Of a stretch of 43,969 nucleotides of DNA, positions 16,792 through 26,216 are shown piece after piece. The stretch lies in sequence record NC_073319.1. One strand, 5' to 3'. The notes below the pieces were generated by a model that was not told where the DNA came from, did no database searches, and saw only the letters and a program-made list of their open reading frames with translations. Both the position numbers and the translations under genes were made by a program. Numbering within the stretch: the stretch's first letter is position 1; each line of letters starts with the position of its first letter. This DNA comes from Escherichia phage SZH-1.

Positions 16792-17102
16792 CTAAAGAGG
16801 GCCGCGTACAGAAATATGCAAAGGAGCGATTCGAGGCCCTTGGTGGCCTCGTTCGTAAACTTTCCTACGAGGGGCGTTCCGGCGCCCCTGACCTGCTGGC
16901 AATTCTCCCCGGCGGCGTCGTCTGGTTCGTCGAGGTTAAGAAAGACGAAAACACGAAGCCTGACCCCCACCAGCTACGTGAGCATGAGCGGATGCGCAAA
17001 CGTGGCGCAAATGTTTTTGTCGTTGGTTCGATAAAACAGATTGACACCCTAATAGCAGACTATTATAGTAAGCACATACCCCAACAATATAAGGAATTAT
17101 AA
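16788..17102 (+). CDS. VRR-NUC domain nuclease
   Basis: ATG at 16788 (listed ORF begins at TTG 16773); PD-(D/E)XK-like core ...PDLLAILPGGVVWFVEVKK... Confidence 0.65.
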   Translation: MTKEGRVQKYAKERFEALGGLVRKLSYEGRSGAPDLLAILPGGVVWFVEVKKDENTKPDPHQLREHERMRKRGANVFVVGSIKQIDTLIADYYSKHIPQQYKEL

Positions 17103-17103
17103 A

Positions 17104-17358
17104 ATGGCTATCGAACTTCAACTGTCAGTAAACACCATGATTATTGGTTCAATCGATTCATCTGTTCGTATCGGTAAATACACAGGGGCGTCAGTTAATT
17201 ACTCATGGTCTATGAAGGTTTCGGAAGTAAACCGTATCCTGGGTTTCGGGTCGGTTGGCCGCAAAGTGCTTGCGGAAGACGTAGCCAAACGGCTGTCCGT
17301 AGACTTCACAACGGCTGGAGAACTTATTAAGCAAGTTCAAGGCGAATTATCTAACTAA
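17104..17358 (+). CDS. Hypothetical protein (84 aa)
   Basis: ATG two nt after the upstream stop. Confidence 0.5.
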   Translation: MAIELQLSVNTMIIGSIDSSVRIGKYTGASVNYSWSMKVSEVNRILGFGSVGRKVLAEDVAKRLSVDFTTAGELIKQVQGELSN

Positions 17359-17361
17359 TAC

Positions 17362-17377
17362 AGGCCCTTCGGGGCCT
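17362..17377 (+). promoter_or_regulatory. Intergenic RNA hairpin with UUCG loop, no U-tract
   Basis: AGGCCC-ttcg-GGGCCT. Confidence 0.35.
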
Positions 17378-17397
17378 TAACTATAAGGAATTGAGAA

Positions 17398-17589
17398 ATG
17401 AAACACGAATACGACCGCAAACCAGCACGTGACATCGTACCGGGCGACATGATTTTCAATGTTAAGACCCGTCGCCCTGTTGCCGTTGATACGGTGTACG
17501 TAGAGTCGAACGGTAAACTGGTTATCGAAGACGTAACCGGTAACGTTACGGCGTTCGGGCGTAAAGAGTTAGTTCTGGTGGCGAAATGA
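17398..17589 (+). CDS. Hypothetical protein (63 aa)
   Basis: ATG with AAGGAA RBS. Confidence 0.5.
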   Translation: MKHEYDRKPARDIVPGDMIFNVKTRRPVAVDTVYVESNGKLVIEDVTGNVTAFGRKELVLVAK

Positions 17590-18269
17590 TTATCTGGTCA
17601 TTGTTCGACGGTTCGGGCCTCATGGCCCAACCGTGGGCGGAAGCGGGCCATACTTGCTATTGTTTCAACTACGACGGTGCCGACCACGGCGACTACGCGC
17701 GATTGGGCGCAAAAGTTGAACACGAGAACATCCACTATATAAACGCGTGGATTGACAATAAATTCGACTTCGAGGTTGCGCCGGATATTATTTTTGCGTT
17801 CCCTCCGTGCACAGATTTAGCTGTTAGCGGCGCAGCGCATTTCGAAACGAAGCGGAAGAAGAATCCAACTTTTCAGGTAGAGGCCGTGATTACATGCAAA
17901 GCGGCTGCGCGTCTGGCTAAAAAGTACAACGTACCTTATATGATTGAGAACCCGGTTAGCGTTCTTTCGTCTTTATGGCGCAAGCCTGACTATTCGTTCA
18001 ATCCGTACGAATACGGCGGCTATTTACCCGAAGACGACACGCACCCAATGTTCCCCGAATACATAAAACCGCGGGACGCGTACCCTAAGAAGACATGTAT
18101 TTGGGCGGGTAACGGTTTTGTGATGCCCGTTAAATCATGTGTCGCCGTGGTTGATGGGTACTCCGACCAACACAATAAATTAGGCGGTAAATCGGTGAGG
18201 ACAAAAACAATACGCAGCCTTACCCCGCGTGGTTTCGCAAAAGCAGTTCATGAGGCCAATCATGTCTAA
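17586..18269 (+). CDS. Compact DNA (cytosine-5)-methyltransferase-like protein
   Basis: Motif I LFDGSG, motif IV FPPCTDLAVSG, motif VI ENPV, RSLTPRGFAKAV near the C-terminus; only 227 aa. Confidence 0.55.
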   Translation: MIIWSLFDGSGLMAQPWAEAGHTCYCFNYDGADHGDYARLGAKVEHENIHYINAWIDNKFDFEVAPDIIFAFPPCTDLAVSGAAHFETKRKKNPTFQVEAVITCKAAARLAKKYNVPYMIENPVSVLSSLWRKPDYSFNPYEYGGYLPEDDTHPMFPEYIKPRDAYPKKTCIWAGNGFVMPVKSCVAVVDGYSDQHNKLGGKSVRTKTIRSLTPRGFAKAVHEANHV

Positions 18270-19686
18270 GTTTCAAAGGCGCGAGTACCAAAAGCTCATG
18301 ACTTCGTTCATGCTGCAACACCCTCGCTGTAATATCTGGTGCGGCATGGGAGGGGGTAAAACCTCCTCTACTATGTGGGTGCTTAATCGCCTGTTCCGCA
18401 ACGGGCAGCTTACGGAAGATGACCGCGTGTTAATCCTTGCCCCGTTACGCGTTGCATCAGGTACATGGCCCGCAGAACAAGAGAAATGGCAATTCCCGTG
18501 TCTGAGTGTCGTCGATGCGACCGGTTCAGAGAAGCGCCGCATCGCGGCGCTGGAGTCAGATGCTAACGTGGTGTGCACCAACTACGAAGTTATCGAGTGG
18601 CTGATTGACTACTACGGCAAAGACGACTGGCCTTTTACTGTTATTGTTGCCGATGAAAGCACGAAACTGAAATCATTCCGCAGCCGTTCTGGCGGAAGCA
18701 AGCGGGCGAAGGCGCTAAGCAAAGTGGCGTTCGGTAAGGTTAAGCGTTTCATTAACCTCACTGGCACACCGTCGCCAAACGGCCTCAAAGACTTGTGGGG
18801 GCAGAACTGGTTTATCGACGCTGGCGAGCGCCTCGGTTCATCATACACCGCATTCACCGACCGCTGGTTTAACTCGGTACAGAAAGGCAAATCCGCGATG
18901 GCGCGTGAGTATCATGCGCGCCCTGGCGCGGATAATGAAATTCACCAGAAGATGAAGGACATCAGTCTCACTATTGACGCCGCAGAGTGGTTCGGTTGCG
19001 AAGCGCCTATTATAGTGCAGGTTGAAATCGACCTGCCGAAGAAGGCGCGTCAGGCGTACATCGATATGGAGGAGAAGTTATTCGCGGAACTGGAGAGCGG
19101 AGAAGTTGAAGCGGCTAACGCGGCGGCGAAGACGTCAAAGTGTTTGCAGATTGCCTCCGGTGCCGTATATGTGACGGGCGACGACGGAGAAGCAACGAAA
19201 GAATGGGAGAAAGTGCACGACACAAAACTTGACGCACTTGAGTCGATTGTTGAGGAGTTACAGGGTGCGCCATTACTGGTGGCCTATCAGTTTAAGCACG
19301 AACTGGAGCGCATCCTGAAACGTTTCCCGCAGGCCCAGGCGTTTGCAAAAGGCGCTAAGGGTAATAAGCAGATGGACGCGTGGAACCGTGGTGAAATTGA
19401 GATTTTATGCGTTCACCCTGCGTCAGCGGGCCATGGTTTGAATTTACAGGACGGCGGGCATCATCTGGCATTTATTTCGCAAGGCTGGAACCTTGAGCAC
19501 TATTTGCAGGTCGTTGAGCGCATCGGCCCGGTACGCCAGAAACAGGCGGGCCACGAGCGCCCGGTGTTCCTGTATCATATCGTTGCTAAAGACACGCTGG
19601 ACGAGGTTGTTGCCGCGCGTGCAGACGAGAAGAAATCTGTCCAAGAAGAGTTGCTTAATTACATGAAGAGACGAGGTAAGAAATGA
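18262..19686 (+). CDS. SNF2-family (DEAD/DEAH-like) helicase
   Basis: ATG at 18262 (listed ORF begins at GTG 18229); GMGGGKT, DEST, LTGTPSPNG, C-terminal helicase motifs. Confidence 0.8.
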   Translation: MSKFQRREYQKLMTSFMLQHPRCNIWCGMGGGKTSSTMWVLNRLFRNGQLTEDDRVLILAPLRVASGTWPAEQEKWQFPCLSVVDATGSEKRRIAALESDANVVCTNYEVIEWLIDYYGKDDWPFTVIVADESTKLKSFRSRSGGSKRAKALSKVAFGKVKRFINLTGTPSPNGLKDLWGQNWFIDAGERLGSSYTAFTDRWFNSVQKGKSAMAREYHARPGADNEIHQKMKDISLTIDAAEWFGCEAPIIVQVEIDLPKKARQAYIDMEEKLFAELESGEVEAANAAAKTSKCLQIASGAVYVTGDDGEATKEWEKVHDTKLDALESIVEELQGAPLLVAYQFKHELERILKRFPQAQAFAKGAKGNKQMDAWNRGEIEILCVHPASAGHGLNLQDGGHHLAFISQGWNLEHYLQVVERIGPVRQKQAGHERPVFLYHIVAKDTLDEVVAARADEKKSVQEELLNYMKRRGKK

Positions 19687-19874
19687 AACTGTTTTGCGTA
19701 AGTTCTACTATAGGTGTTTTCGATGAAGGTAATTATTACGTCGCGGAGTACAAGGGTGGCGGGCAATTCGTGGTGATGGATAACACCGCCAATCGTTGGG
19801 GCGCGTGTTACGATGATAGAACAGGACTAATTTACACAGAGTCGGTAAATGGTGATTTTATGGAGTTCGAATGA
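19683..19874 (+). CDS. Hypothetical protein (63 aa)
   Basis: ATGA overlap with the SNF2 gene. Confidence 0.5.
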   Translation: MKLFCVSSTIGVFDEGNYYVAEYKGGGQFVVMDNTANRWGACYDDRTGLIYTESVNGDFMEFE

Positions 19875-20011
19875 TGAACATCATAGCCCCGATTCCGGCA
19901 TTGCAAAAACGTATCAAGGAACTCGAAGAAGAGGTTCTACGACTACGGCAACAGAGAGATGCCGCTAATGCGCAACTGGCGTTTGTACTGGAGAAGTTAT
20001 CGGAAGAGTAG
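19871..20011 (+). CDS. Hand-called small coiled-coil ORF (46 aa)
   Basis: MMNIIAPIPALQKRIKELEEEVLRLRQQRD...; last rightward gene before the terminator. Confidence 0.35.
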   Translation: MMNIIAPIPALQKRIKELEEEVLRLRQQRDAANAQLAFVLEKLSEE

Positions 20012-20016
20012 AGAAA

Positions 20017-20043
20017 AGGCCCCGTTTGGGGCCTTAGTTTTAA
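20017..20043. terminator. Bidirectional terminator between the replication and tail operons
   Basis: AAGGCCCC-gttt-GGGGCCTT with T-rich flanks on both strands; near-identical to the hairpin at 31385. Confidence 0.65.
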
Positions 20044-20087
20044 ATAGTTCTTATCCAGCAACTTGATGCCATTCCGCTTGAGTTAAA

Positions 20088-22277
20088 TTAGACATACGTG
20101 GCCTTCACTACACGTACTCGCAATGTTGATGACAACGAATCTATCGTCGCCCCTGTTTCATTTCTGAAAAACACAGTAACGGTATTTGCGCTGGTTACCT
20201 GAGCCCACATTTGAATGCCTTGCAGGTCTATCCCGAAACTGGGGATAGCGAAATCACCAAGCTCCGCACCGTTTACTGTAATTGTCGTGCTAGCACCCGT
20301 CCCAGTCGCCATACTCGGCGGATTGTACGACACAGACCCAAGTAGCTCACTAACTGCTGGGGCAGCCACCATGGGCTGCCCACCCTCACCAAATGTTACT
20401 GCGGCATAGCAAACATCAACGTTGAACGGGGTTGCGTCATTTGTCAGGATTTGGATGTCTGGCTGCTGCCCTGCTGCAATGTCTGCACCCACCGTCAGAG
20501 TCCAGAAAGTCCAGTCCGTGTTGCTAATCTCTGCGACTTCGTAAAGATTGTTAAAACCAAGGCGGATTGTTCTAGCTCCAGGGTCGGCATTGCGGATGAT
20601 TATTGCTGCGGTGTATCTGCCTGTGAACGGGAGCGGCACCGGCCTAAATCGAGTGGTGCCACTTGTTCCAGCTTGATTGATGTTCAGATATCTGCCGGAT
20701 ATTGCACCGGACGCTTCGGTGATCACCGCGCCACCAGATGCTCCGATAGGACGTCCAGCTCCGGCATAAGTCGGAAGACCTACGCGGAAATCCCCATCAG
20801 GGATGAAGTTGATGGCTGAGAATTGCGCCCAACCGGCGGAGCGGTCTTGGCGAAACATATCCTGCCCGCCGCGAGCAACAGCCTGCATTTTTGCAGAGTT
20901 CGGAAGGCTTGTTGTACTGTTTGAGTAGTGACACTTCTTTGTTTGAACTCTGCTTCTAGCGCGATTGATTGGAGCGGGGGTCAGCGTGTCGAAATACGTC
21001 CCGTCGAACGTCAACTCAATGTCTCCATTTGTGTTTCCAGCGCCAACATTGTAAACAGCAATATTGTGATAACTAATATCCCCTCCCCAGAAAACCCATG
21101 CTTGTGCGTTTGCGTTAGCGTTGAACTCGAATGCATAGTCTGCTGGGCCAGAAAAACCTTGGTTTGCGTTACCCCGCATTGAGCATGAATACCAATCAAA
21201 CTTATTATTGAACGTTGAAGCCGCGCCAGTTTTAATGGATTGGAATTGGCAGTTTGTCCACTGACACCAGTAGTTGCTTGTAAATGCAGTTCCCGCCACA
21301 TCAGCGAGCATTAGGTATTTAAATCGCATCCCTTCGAAGTTGCTCCACCAGCAACCGCGCAAAATAAGATTGTGATTTGGCGCATCGATACCGACAATAG
21401 TCAGTCTCTTGCAGCTATCGACAATAATATTTCCGCTACCTGTAAACCGGACCCCTTCGGCATTTAAGCGAAACGACCCAAAAGGCCCGGTAGTGCTTTC
21501 GTTGTTCTTCAACTGGATTATCACATCGCCGTTGATTGCGTATTCACCGGGGGGTATTGTTAGCTCGCCATCCGCCATTCCAGCGATGGAAGTGTTAATT
21601 GTTGCGATAGATACAGCCCCAACTTGTTTGACGGCGTTTAACTCATCGCTCCTATCAAGCCACACCTCCGGCTCTGCGCTGGGGGTGGAGCCAGCCGCAA
21701 CAGTGTGCGGCAGAGTGCCGGAGTAGGAGTAGGCTTTGCCTTTCGATTCATATAGCAGCACATCGGTGGCGGTCGTTACCGTGCCACCAGCCTCGAAGCT
21801 GCCAGCAACCAGATTATATCCAGTCTCGGCGTAGGAGCGGCGCAAGACTTCGCGCACAGCAATGCGTAATTCAGGGTCGAATCGGCTAATCCAAGCTCCA
21901 GATGCCGGGGTGCTGGCCGCGGGTACGACTTTCGGGAACGCGCCGCTCCATCCGTATTCCTGGCCGTCGCCCCCATCGGCAACGTCCCACAGCAGAGTCT
22001 GGCGCGGATTGGTAAGTGTTGCGCCTGCTGCAAAGGTTCCGACGCGAGTAAACCCCATGTTCAGAATCTGGGCGTCGAAATCCGCGTTGGCGTCCGCAAT
22101 AACAGCCGGTAGCGTCTTTTGTGCCTGTCCGGTAACCTGATTTGTCGCGTAATCAATATTAGCGCCACCAGCAACGCCGCCGGATTTACCGGTGATAACC
22201 TCAGCTTCGAAAATCTGGTGTTTCTTGGCGGTCTGTAAATCCGCCAGGCTTAAAACGTCACCGCATCCGCTTGACAT
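20088..22277 (-). CDS. Tailspike / receptor-binding protein with beta-helix-like repeats
   Basis: Last gene of the tail operon; AGAGGA RBS; repetitive N/G/T-rich segments typical of pectate-lyase-fold spikes; no resemblance to P22 tailspike seen. Confidence 0.65.
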   Translation of the reverse strand: MSSGCGDVLSLADLQTAKKHQIFEAEVITGKSGGVAGGANIDYATNQVTGQAQKTLPAVIADANADFDAQILNMGFTRVGTFAAGATLTNPRQTLLWDVADGGDGQEYGWSGAFPKVVPAASTPASGAWISRFDPELRIAVREVLRRSYAETGYNLVAGSFEAGGTVTTATDVLLYESKGKAYSYSGTLPHTVAAGSTPSAEPEVWLDRSDELNAVKQVGAVSIATINTSIAGMADGELTIPPGEYAINGDVIIQLKNNESTTGPFGSFRLNAEGVRFTGSGNIIVDSCKRLTIVGIDAPNHNLILRGCWWSNFEGMRFKYLMLADVAGTAFTSNYWCQWTNCQFQSIKTGAASTFNNKFDWYSCSMRGNANQGFSGPADYAFEFNANANAQAWVFWGGDISYHNIAVYNVGAGNTNGDIELTFDGTYFDTLTPAPINRARSRVQTKKCHYSNSTTSLPNSAKMQAVARGGQDMFRQDRSAGWAQFSAINFIPDGDFRVGLPTYAGAGRPIGASGGAVITEASGAISGRYLNINQAGTSGTTRFRPVPLPFTGRYTAAIIIRNADPGARTIRLGFNNLYEVAEISNTDWTFWTLTVGADIAAGQQPDIQILTNDATPFNVDVCYAAVTFGEGGQPMVAAPAVSELLGSVSYNPPSMATGTGASTTITVNGAELGDFAIPSFGIDLQGIQMWAQVTSANTVTVFFRNETGATIDSLSSTLRVRVVKATYV

Positions 22278-22289
22278 ATAGAGTCCTCT

Positions 22290-24854
22290 TTAACTAAAAC
22301 CGTTGCTGAATCCGCCGGAGAAACCGCGACCGAAAGGCGCGACGCCGTCGTATTTATAGAAATCTGCTTCATAGTTAATCCCGGTAATCTTAACTGTTCT
22401 GTCATCTCCAGGGTCAACTGTGGAAACAAGAATCATCTGAGCATTATGCCTTGCTTCGTTGCCGAATGAAAACTCAGTTTTTAGTGCGCTATTCCCTGTG
22501 TAGATTGCTTCCTGTGGGGCAGATAACATAACTACTTCCCGTTCATTACTTCCAGGAACTACCGCGACGCTCTGGACACCGCCGTCGCGCTTCTTAAGGA
22601 TTAAAGAGTGGTCGTCACCCGGGGTAAATGTAACAGGCTGCGACAGAGTTAATGTAAGCCCGTTAACGGCGACAATATAACCATCCTGCGGGGCCATACG
22701 CGAACCTTTTACCACACTTACCGCGCGCCCTGGCATCGCAAAAACGCCTTCTTCTGTCGCCGTGAATGATACTGTCACCTTCTTCAACAGGTTTTTCTGG
22801 TATCGGCGGTATGCGGCCCAGTACGCCTGTCGATAGTTACGGATACCTTTAGAGTCGTACGTTTCAGTATTAACGCCACCTTCTGCTGGGATGCTGATTG
22901 TCTCTTTGACGTTTGTATTCGGGTCGATGTACGAAAACTTGAGACTATCGTATACCTGGGAGTCATTAAACGTGCGTGTCCACTTCTCCGTAGCGGTAGT
23001 TTTACTGCGGTGGGTGAATACCATCTCAGGACCAATCCGCGGGCGTTCAAAGTCCAGAAGAATATCCGCACCTCTACGATATGGAGTGCAGAAAATTGCT
23101 TCCGCTATCGTAGTAACGATGTCCTGCATCGTAGTTTTGTAATCATCAAACGTATAGCAAAACTCACCGGCGGATGCGCTACCAAAATAACTCTCAATTT
23201 CGTTTTGCACAGCCAACAGCTTATCCATATTTGCCGTTGTCAGATTTAATGCCCCGACATCCGGGTCGCGGGCAAGGCGAATCAGAGACTGTACAGCTTG
23301 TGTGTTTGGTGTTCTTACGGAGTCAAAAACACCGTTACCGAGGTACTTGTGCACCATTTCCGTTACCACCATGCGCAACTGAGGCTGTTTAACCTCCGCG
23401 GCTCGTGGCGTCTGTTTACGCGCGGAATGTACGGTCGTTCGGTTGCCGTAATGTGGGGTTCGGTCAACAGACTGCCCATACAGATTTATGTACGAAACTT
23501 CATCTGACACTGTTCCGGAGAAGTCGCGGTCAGTGCCAGATACACGACGGCAGCGAACACGTACCTTAGATTTAACAGGAAGGTCAGCGTAGACAGTAAC
23601 CCCAGTGTAATCGCTGCTTCTGCCGGAAATAGTTCCCTGTTTGGTGTAGATTGGGCCGTAAGCACCCCCGTCATCGCCAATTAGCTGGTACTGAACTTCT
23701 ATCGTTGCCGATGCGCTTTGTTTGTTGCCGTCATCCTTAAACATCCCATTCGCGGCGGCGAAATTAGCAACTACACGTTCCACCGGGATTCGGTTAAGGG
23801 ATACCCAATCCGTCAGGCTAGCGCTATATGTATCAGTCGGGCCAATAGTCGCCGCTTTATCTGCCGTAACGTACCCTTCGCGGATTCCGCCTCCGCGGTC
23901 CGGTAAGGTCTGCCACTCAGATAGTTTTGGTGAAGCATCTACCGTTATCTGGAACTCGTCCACACTTAATACCGTGTAGACTCCGTCAAGGTTTCCCCCA
24001 CCTTCCGGACGTATCCACGTAAAAGTGGCCTGGTCCCCCGGGGATATGTATGTATTAAAAGCCGAGTCGCCTGTAGGGTCCGTTACGGTCCCTGTTGCCC
24101 CCACAAGTCTGGCACGCGAAGAATTACCAACATTATTAGCCAGGTCATTAGGTGCTTTTAGAACCACACCATCTACTTCATTGGACGCTATTGTTATATA
24201 CAACCCTTGTCCGATAGGTTCGCCGACAAGAATTTGCGGGGAGCTTGTGTTATTGGGTGATGTGTACGGGGCATACACGGCAACAGAAGTTCCGGTTATC
24301 TCCTGGACTTTGGTGTCGCCGTCGGTGATGTCTTCTGCTTTAACGTCCAGATATCCGCGTCCGGCATCATAGAAGCCGTACTCAATGATTCGTCCCGCGT
24401 TATCGAAAACCTTATAAGTGGTCATAAGGTTATTGGGTATCGTCTGCACCCGGCCGCAGATGTCATAAGTTCGCTCGTATGGGCGGGCCTTGTTATTCCG
24501 GTCTGTCAGGCTGTTGTTTGGGGAGTCAGCTTGCTGGTTAGCGAGATTGTTAGACGCACCCTTCGTTGACGGGGTAAGTAATTTAGCCAGCGGTTTAAGG
24601 ATTATGCTGAACACTTTCATCACACCTTTGATAACGCCGCCGCCAGCACCTTCCAGGACGTGAAAAACAGCATCCTGTTTTAATGCGTCAAAATCTTCTG
24701 TTACGTCGTTATCCTCCCCTATCTCTTCGAGGAAAACGCGAAACGGTACACCATCAGGGATATGGTTTACGACGAAATTCAGCGGCGAGTCGTTATGCCG
24801 TTTTTGTGTGAATGTCCCGTCTTCGTTGCGGGTGTAGTGGATGACTATCGCCAA
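22290..24854 (-). CDS. Tail tip / central fibre protein (gpJ-like position)
   Basis: 854-aa ORF after gpM/L/K-like genes; TTG start with AGGAG upstream. Confidence 0.6.
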   Translation of the reverse strand: MAIVIHYTRNEDGTFTQKRHNDSPLNFVVNHIPDGVPFRVFLEEIGEDNDVTEDFDALKQDAVFHVLEGAGGGVIKGVMKVFSIILKPLAKLLTPSTKGASNNLANQQADSPNNSLTDRNNKARPYERTYDICGRVQTIPNNLMTTYKVFDNAGRIIEYGFYDAGRGYLDVKAEDITDGDTKVQEITGTSVAVYAPYTSPNNTSSPQILVGEPIGQGLYITIASNEVDGVVLKAPNDLANNVGNSSRARLVGATGTVTDPTGDSAFNTYISPGDQATFTWIRPEGGGNLDGVYTVLSVDEFQITVDASPKLSEWQTLPDRGGGIREGYVTADKAATIGPTDTYSASLTDWVSLNRIPVERVVANFAAANGMFKDDGNKQSASATIEVQYQLIGDDGGAYGPIYTKQGTISGRSSDYTGVTVYADLPVKSKVRVRCRRVSGTDRDFSGTVSDEVSYINLYGQSVDRTPHYGNRTTVHSARKQTPRAAEVKQPQLRMVVTEMVHKYLGNGVFDSVRTPNTQAVQSLIRLARDPDVGALNLTTANMDKLLAVQNEIESYFGSASAGEFCYTFDDYKTTMQDIVTTIAEAIFCTPYRRGADILLDFERPRIGPEMVFTHRSKTTATEKWTRTFNDSQVYDSLKFSYIDPNTNVKETISIPAEGGVNTETYDSKGIRNYRQAYWAAYRRYQKNLLKKVTVSFTATEEGVFAMPGRAVSVVKGSRMAPQDGYIVAVNGLTLTLSQPVTFTPGDDHSLILKKRDGGVQSVAVVPGSNEREVVMLSAPQEAIYTGNSALKTEFSFGNEARHNAQMILVSTVDPGDDRTVKITGINYEADFYKYDGVAPFGRGFSGGFSNGFS

Positions 24855-25210
24855 AATTCAATCTCCTGATATGTGTCGCGTAAATCGTCCAGGCGGTCGA
24901 GGCGCACTTGTCTGGACGCTAACTCGCAGTGGCTTACCATACCGTCATAATACACGCCAGCGTGCCACACTACACGTCCTCTGTGGTAAGTACCAAGCAA
25001 CACCGCATCATAATTCTGCGGACTGGCGGCGCGTTCCAGACCTTTAGGGTTGGAGTGGCCCGCGTCAAACGCCGCGTCTATCGCCGTCGGGGAGGTTACG
25101 TCGAAAGTCGGGGTAGATAGTCCAACATCACCGCGCACCCTGCGCACGTGATGCCAACAATTGTAACGACGGAAGTCATAAGGGAGGCCAGTATAGGCAG
25201 TGATACTCAT
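24845..25210 (-). CDS. NlpC/P60-type tail peptidase (gpK-like)
   Basis: ATG at 25210 in ATGA overlap; Cys-His signature YNCWHHV...H. Confidence 0.6.
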   Translation of the reverse strand: MSITAYTGLPYDFRRYNCWHHVRRVRGDVGLSTPTFDVTSPTAIDAAFDAGHSNPKGLERAASPQNYDAVLLGTYHRGRVVWHAGVYYDGMVSHCELASRQVRLDRLDDLRDTYQEIEFWR

Positions 25211-25722
25211 GACAAAAGTACCCCACGCAGCAGCGGAATTTCTTCTGGCGTCATCAGGATTCCTGTCTGCCGTTGGTTGAGCATAGGCGTTCCGGTCTCT
25301 GCGGTGAACACGCCTTTTTCTTGCGTCAACGTCTGCAACTCGTATACCACAGGGCCATCGCACGGGTACGACAGGTCAGTGCTTACATAACGGCGGAATA
25401 TAAATTTTGGTAACTCTGTGTTGCTGTACGGGATGCGGTCCATCTCTTCATCGAGAATGTTAAGAACATCCGGCAGTGAGAATGAAGCTGTCTGGTCCAT
25501 GTCATTATTGTTCGCGGCGTTCTTGGCGTCCATAGGGGTTGCTTCGAACGTAACGGTTTCGCCAGTCTCAAGCGTAGCGGTAAGGTCAGACGTCCCGCGC
25601 ACGAGCAACCACCGCTTTGAGAGAAGCGGGTGCGTTATTTCAAGAGTAATGTAATCCAGTTCGCCGTCTGGGTTAGACGCCAGTTTACGACGATATGCGG
25701 CTTCTACTGATTCCTGGCTCAT
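25207..25722 (-). CDS. Minor tail protein (gpL-like position)
   Basis: ATG at 25722 overlapping the gpM-like stop; assignment by position only. Confidence 0.5.
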   Translation of the reverse strand: MSQESVEAAYRRKLASNPDGELDYITLEITHPLLSKRWLLVRGTSDLTATLETGETVTFEATPMDAKNAANNNDMDQTASFSLPDVLNILDEEMDRIPYSNTELPKFIFRRYVSTDLSYPCDGPVVYELQTLTQEKGVFTAETGTPMLNQRQTGILMTPEEIPLLRGVLLS

Positions 25723-26213
25723 TGCATTGGGTCCCAAATACGTGGAAACGTTGATTGCGCGGTTCCGTATGCTTTAAGGAATCCGCCTAAGCAATCCCCA
25801 TAGCAGCCGAACAAATCCGGCAGATTCTTCGTAAGACATGTGTCTTCCTGAATCGCTGTGCGTTCTGCTGTTGCGGTGAACGAGATTACCCAGTTCTTGC
25901 CGTCGTCGGTGCTGTCACTAATAGTCGATGTGATGAGTACCTGGTGGTCCTCGATGCCCATACCTGTATCATGCGGCATTATGAAAGACGATGCGCCGCC
26001 ATCTATGTGATTCAGGAAGCTATAAAACGCCTGGCGCCCGAGAGAAGACACGACAAGCGTTACACTAATAGGCACTGGTTCAAAGTACGTGTCTCGCCCC
26101 TGCCGGGGTAAGCCACCCTGAACCTCGGTGCGCCAGATATTACTCCCCCTTGTCTGGGAGTACCCCTTCGACACTATCGGGCGAAGGGACATAGGGAATC
26201 TCAAATCGCTCAT
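25719..26213 (-). CDS. Minor tail protein M-like
   Basis: SKGYSQTRGSN resembles lambda gpM GDGYSQRAPAG; follows the tape measure gene. Confidence 0.6.
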   Translation of the reverse strand: MSDLRFPMSLRPIVSKGYSQTRGSNIWRTEVQGGLPRQGRDTYFEPVPISVTLVVSSLGRQAFYSFLNHIDGGASSFIMPHDTGMGIEDHQVLITSTISDSTDDGKNWVISFTATAERTAIQEDTCLTKNLPDLFGCYGDCLGGFLKAYGTAQSTFPRIWDPMQ

Positions 26214-26216
26214 TAA

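Noticed and set aside
20088-22277. Possibility that the tailspike is a P22-type endorhamnosidase
   Set aside because: The translation does not resemble the P22 tailspike sequence as I recall it; only a generic beta-helix-like character can be claimed.
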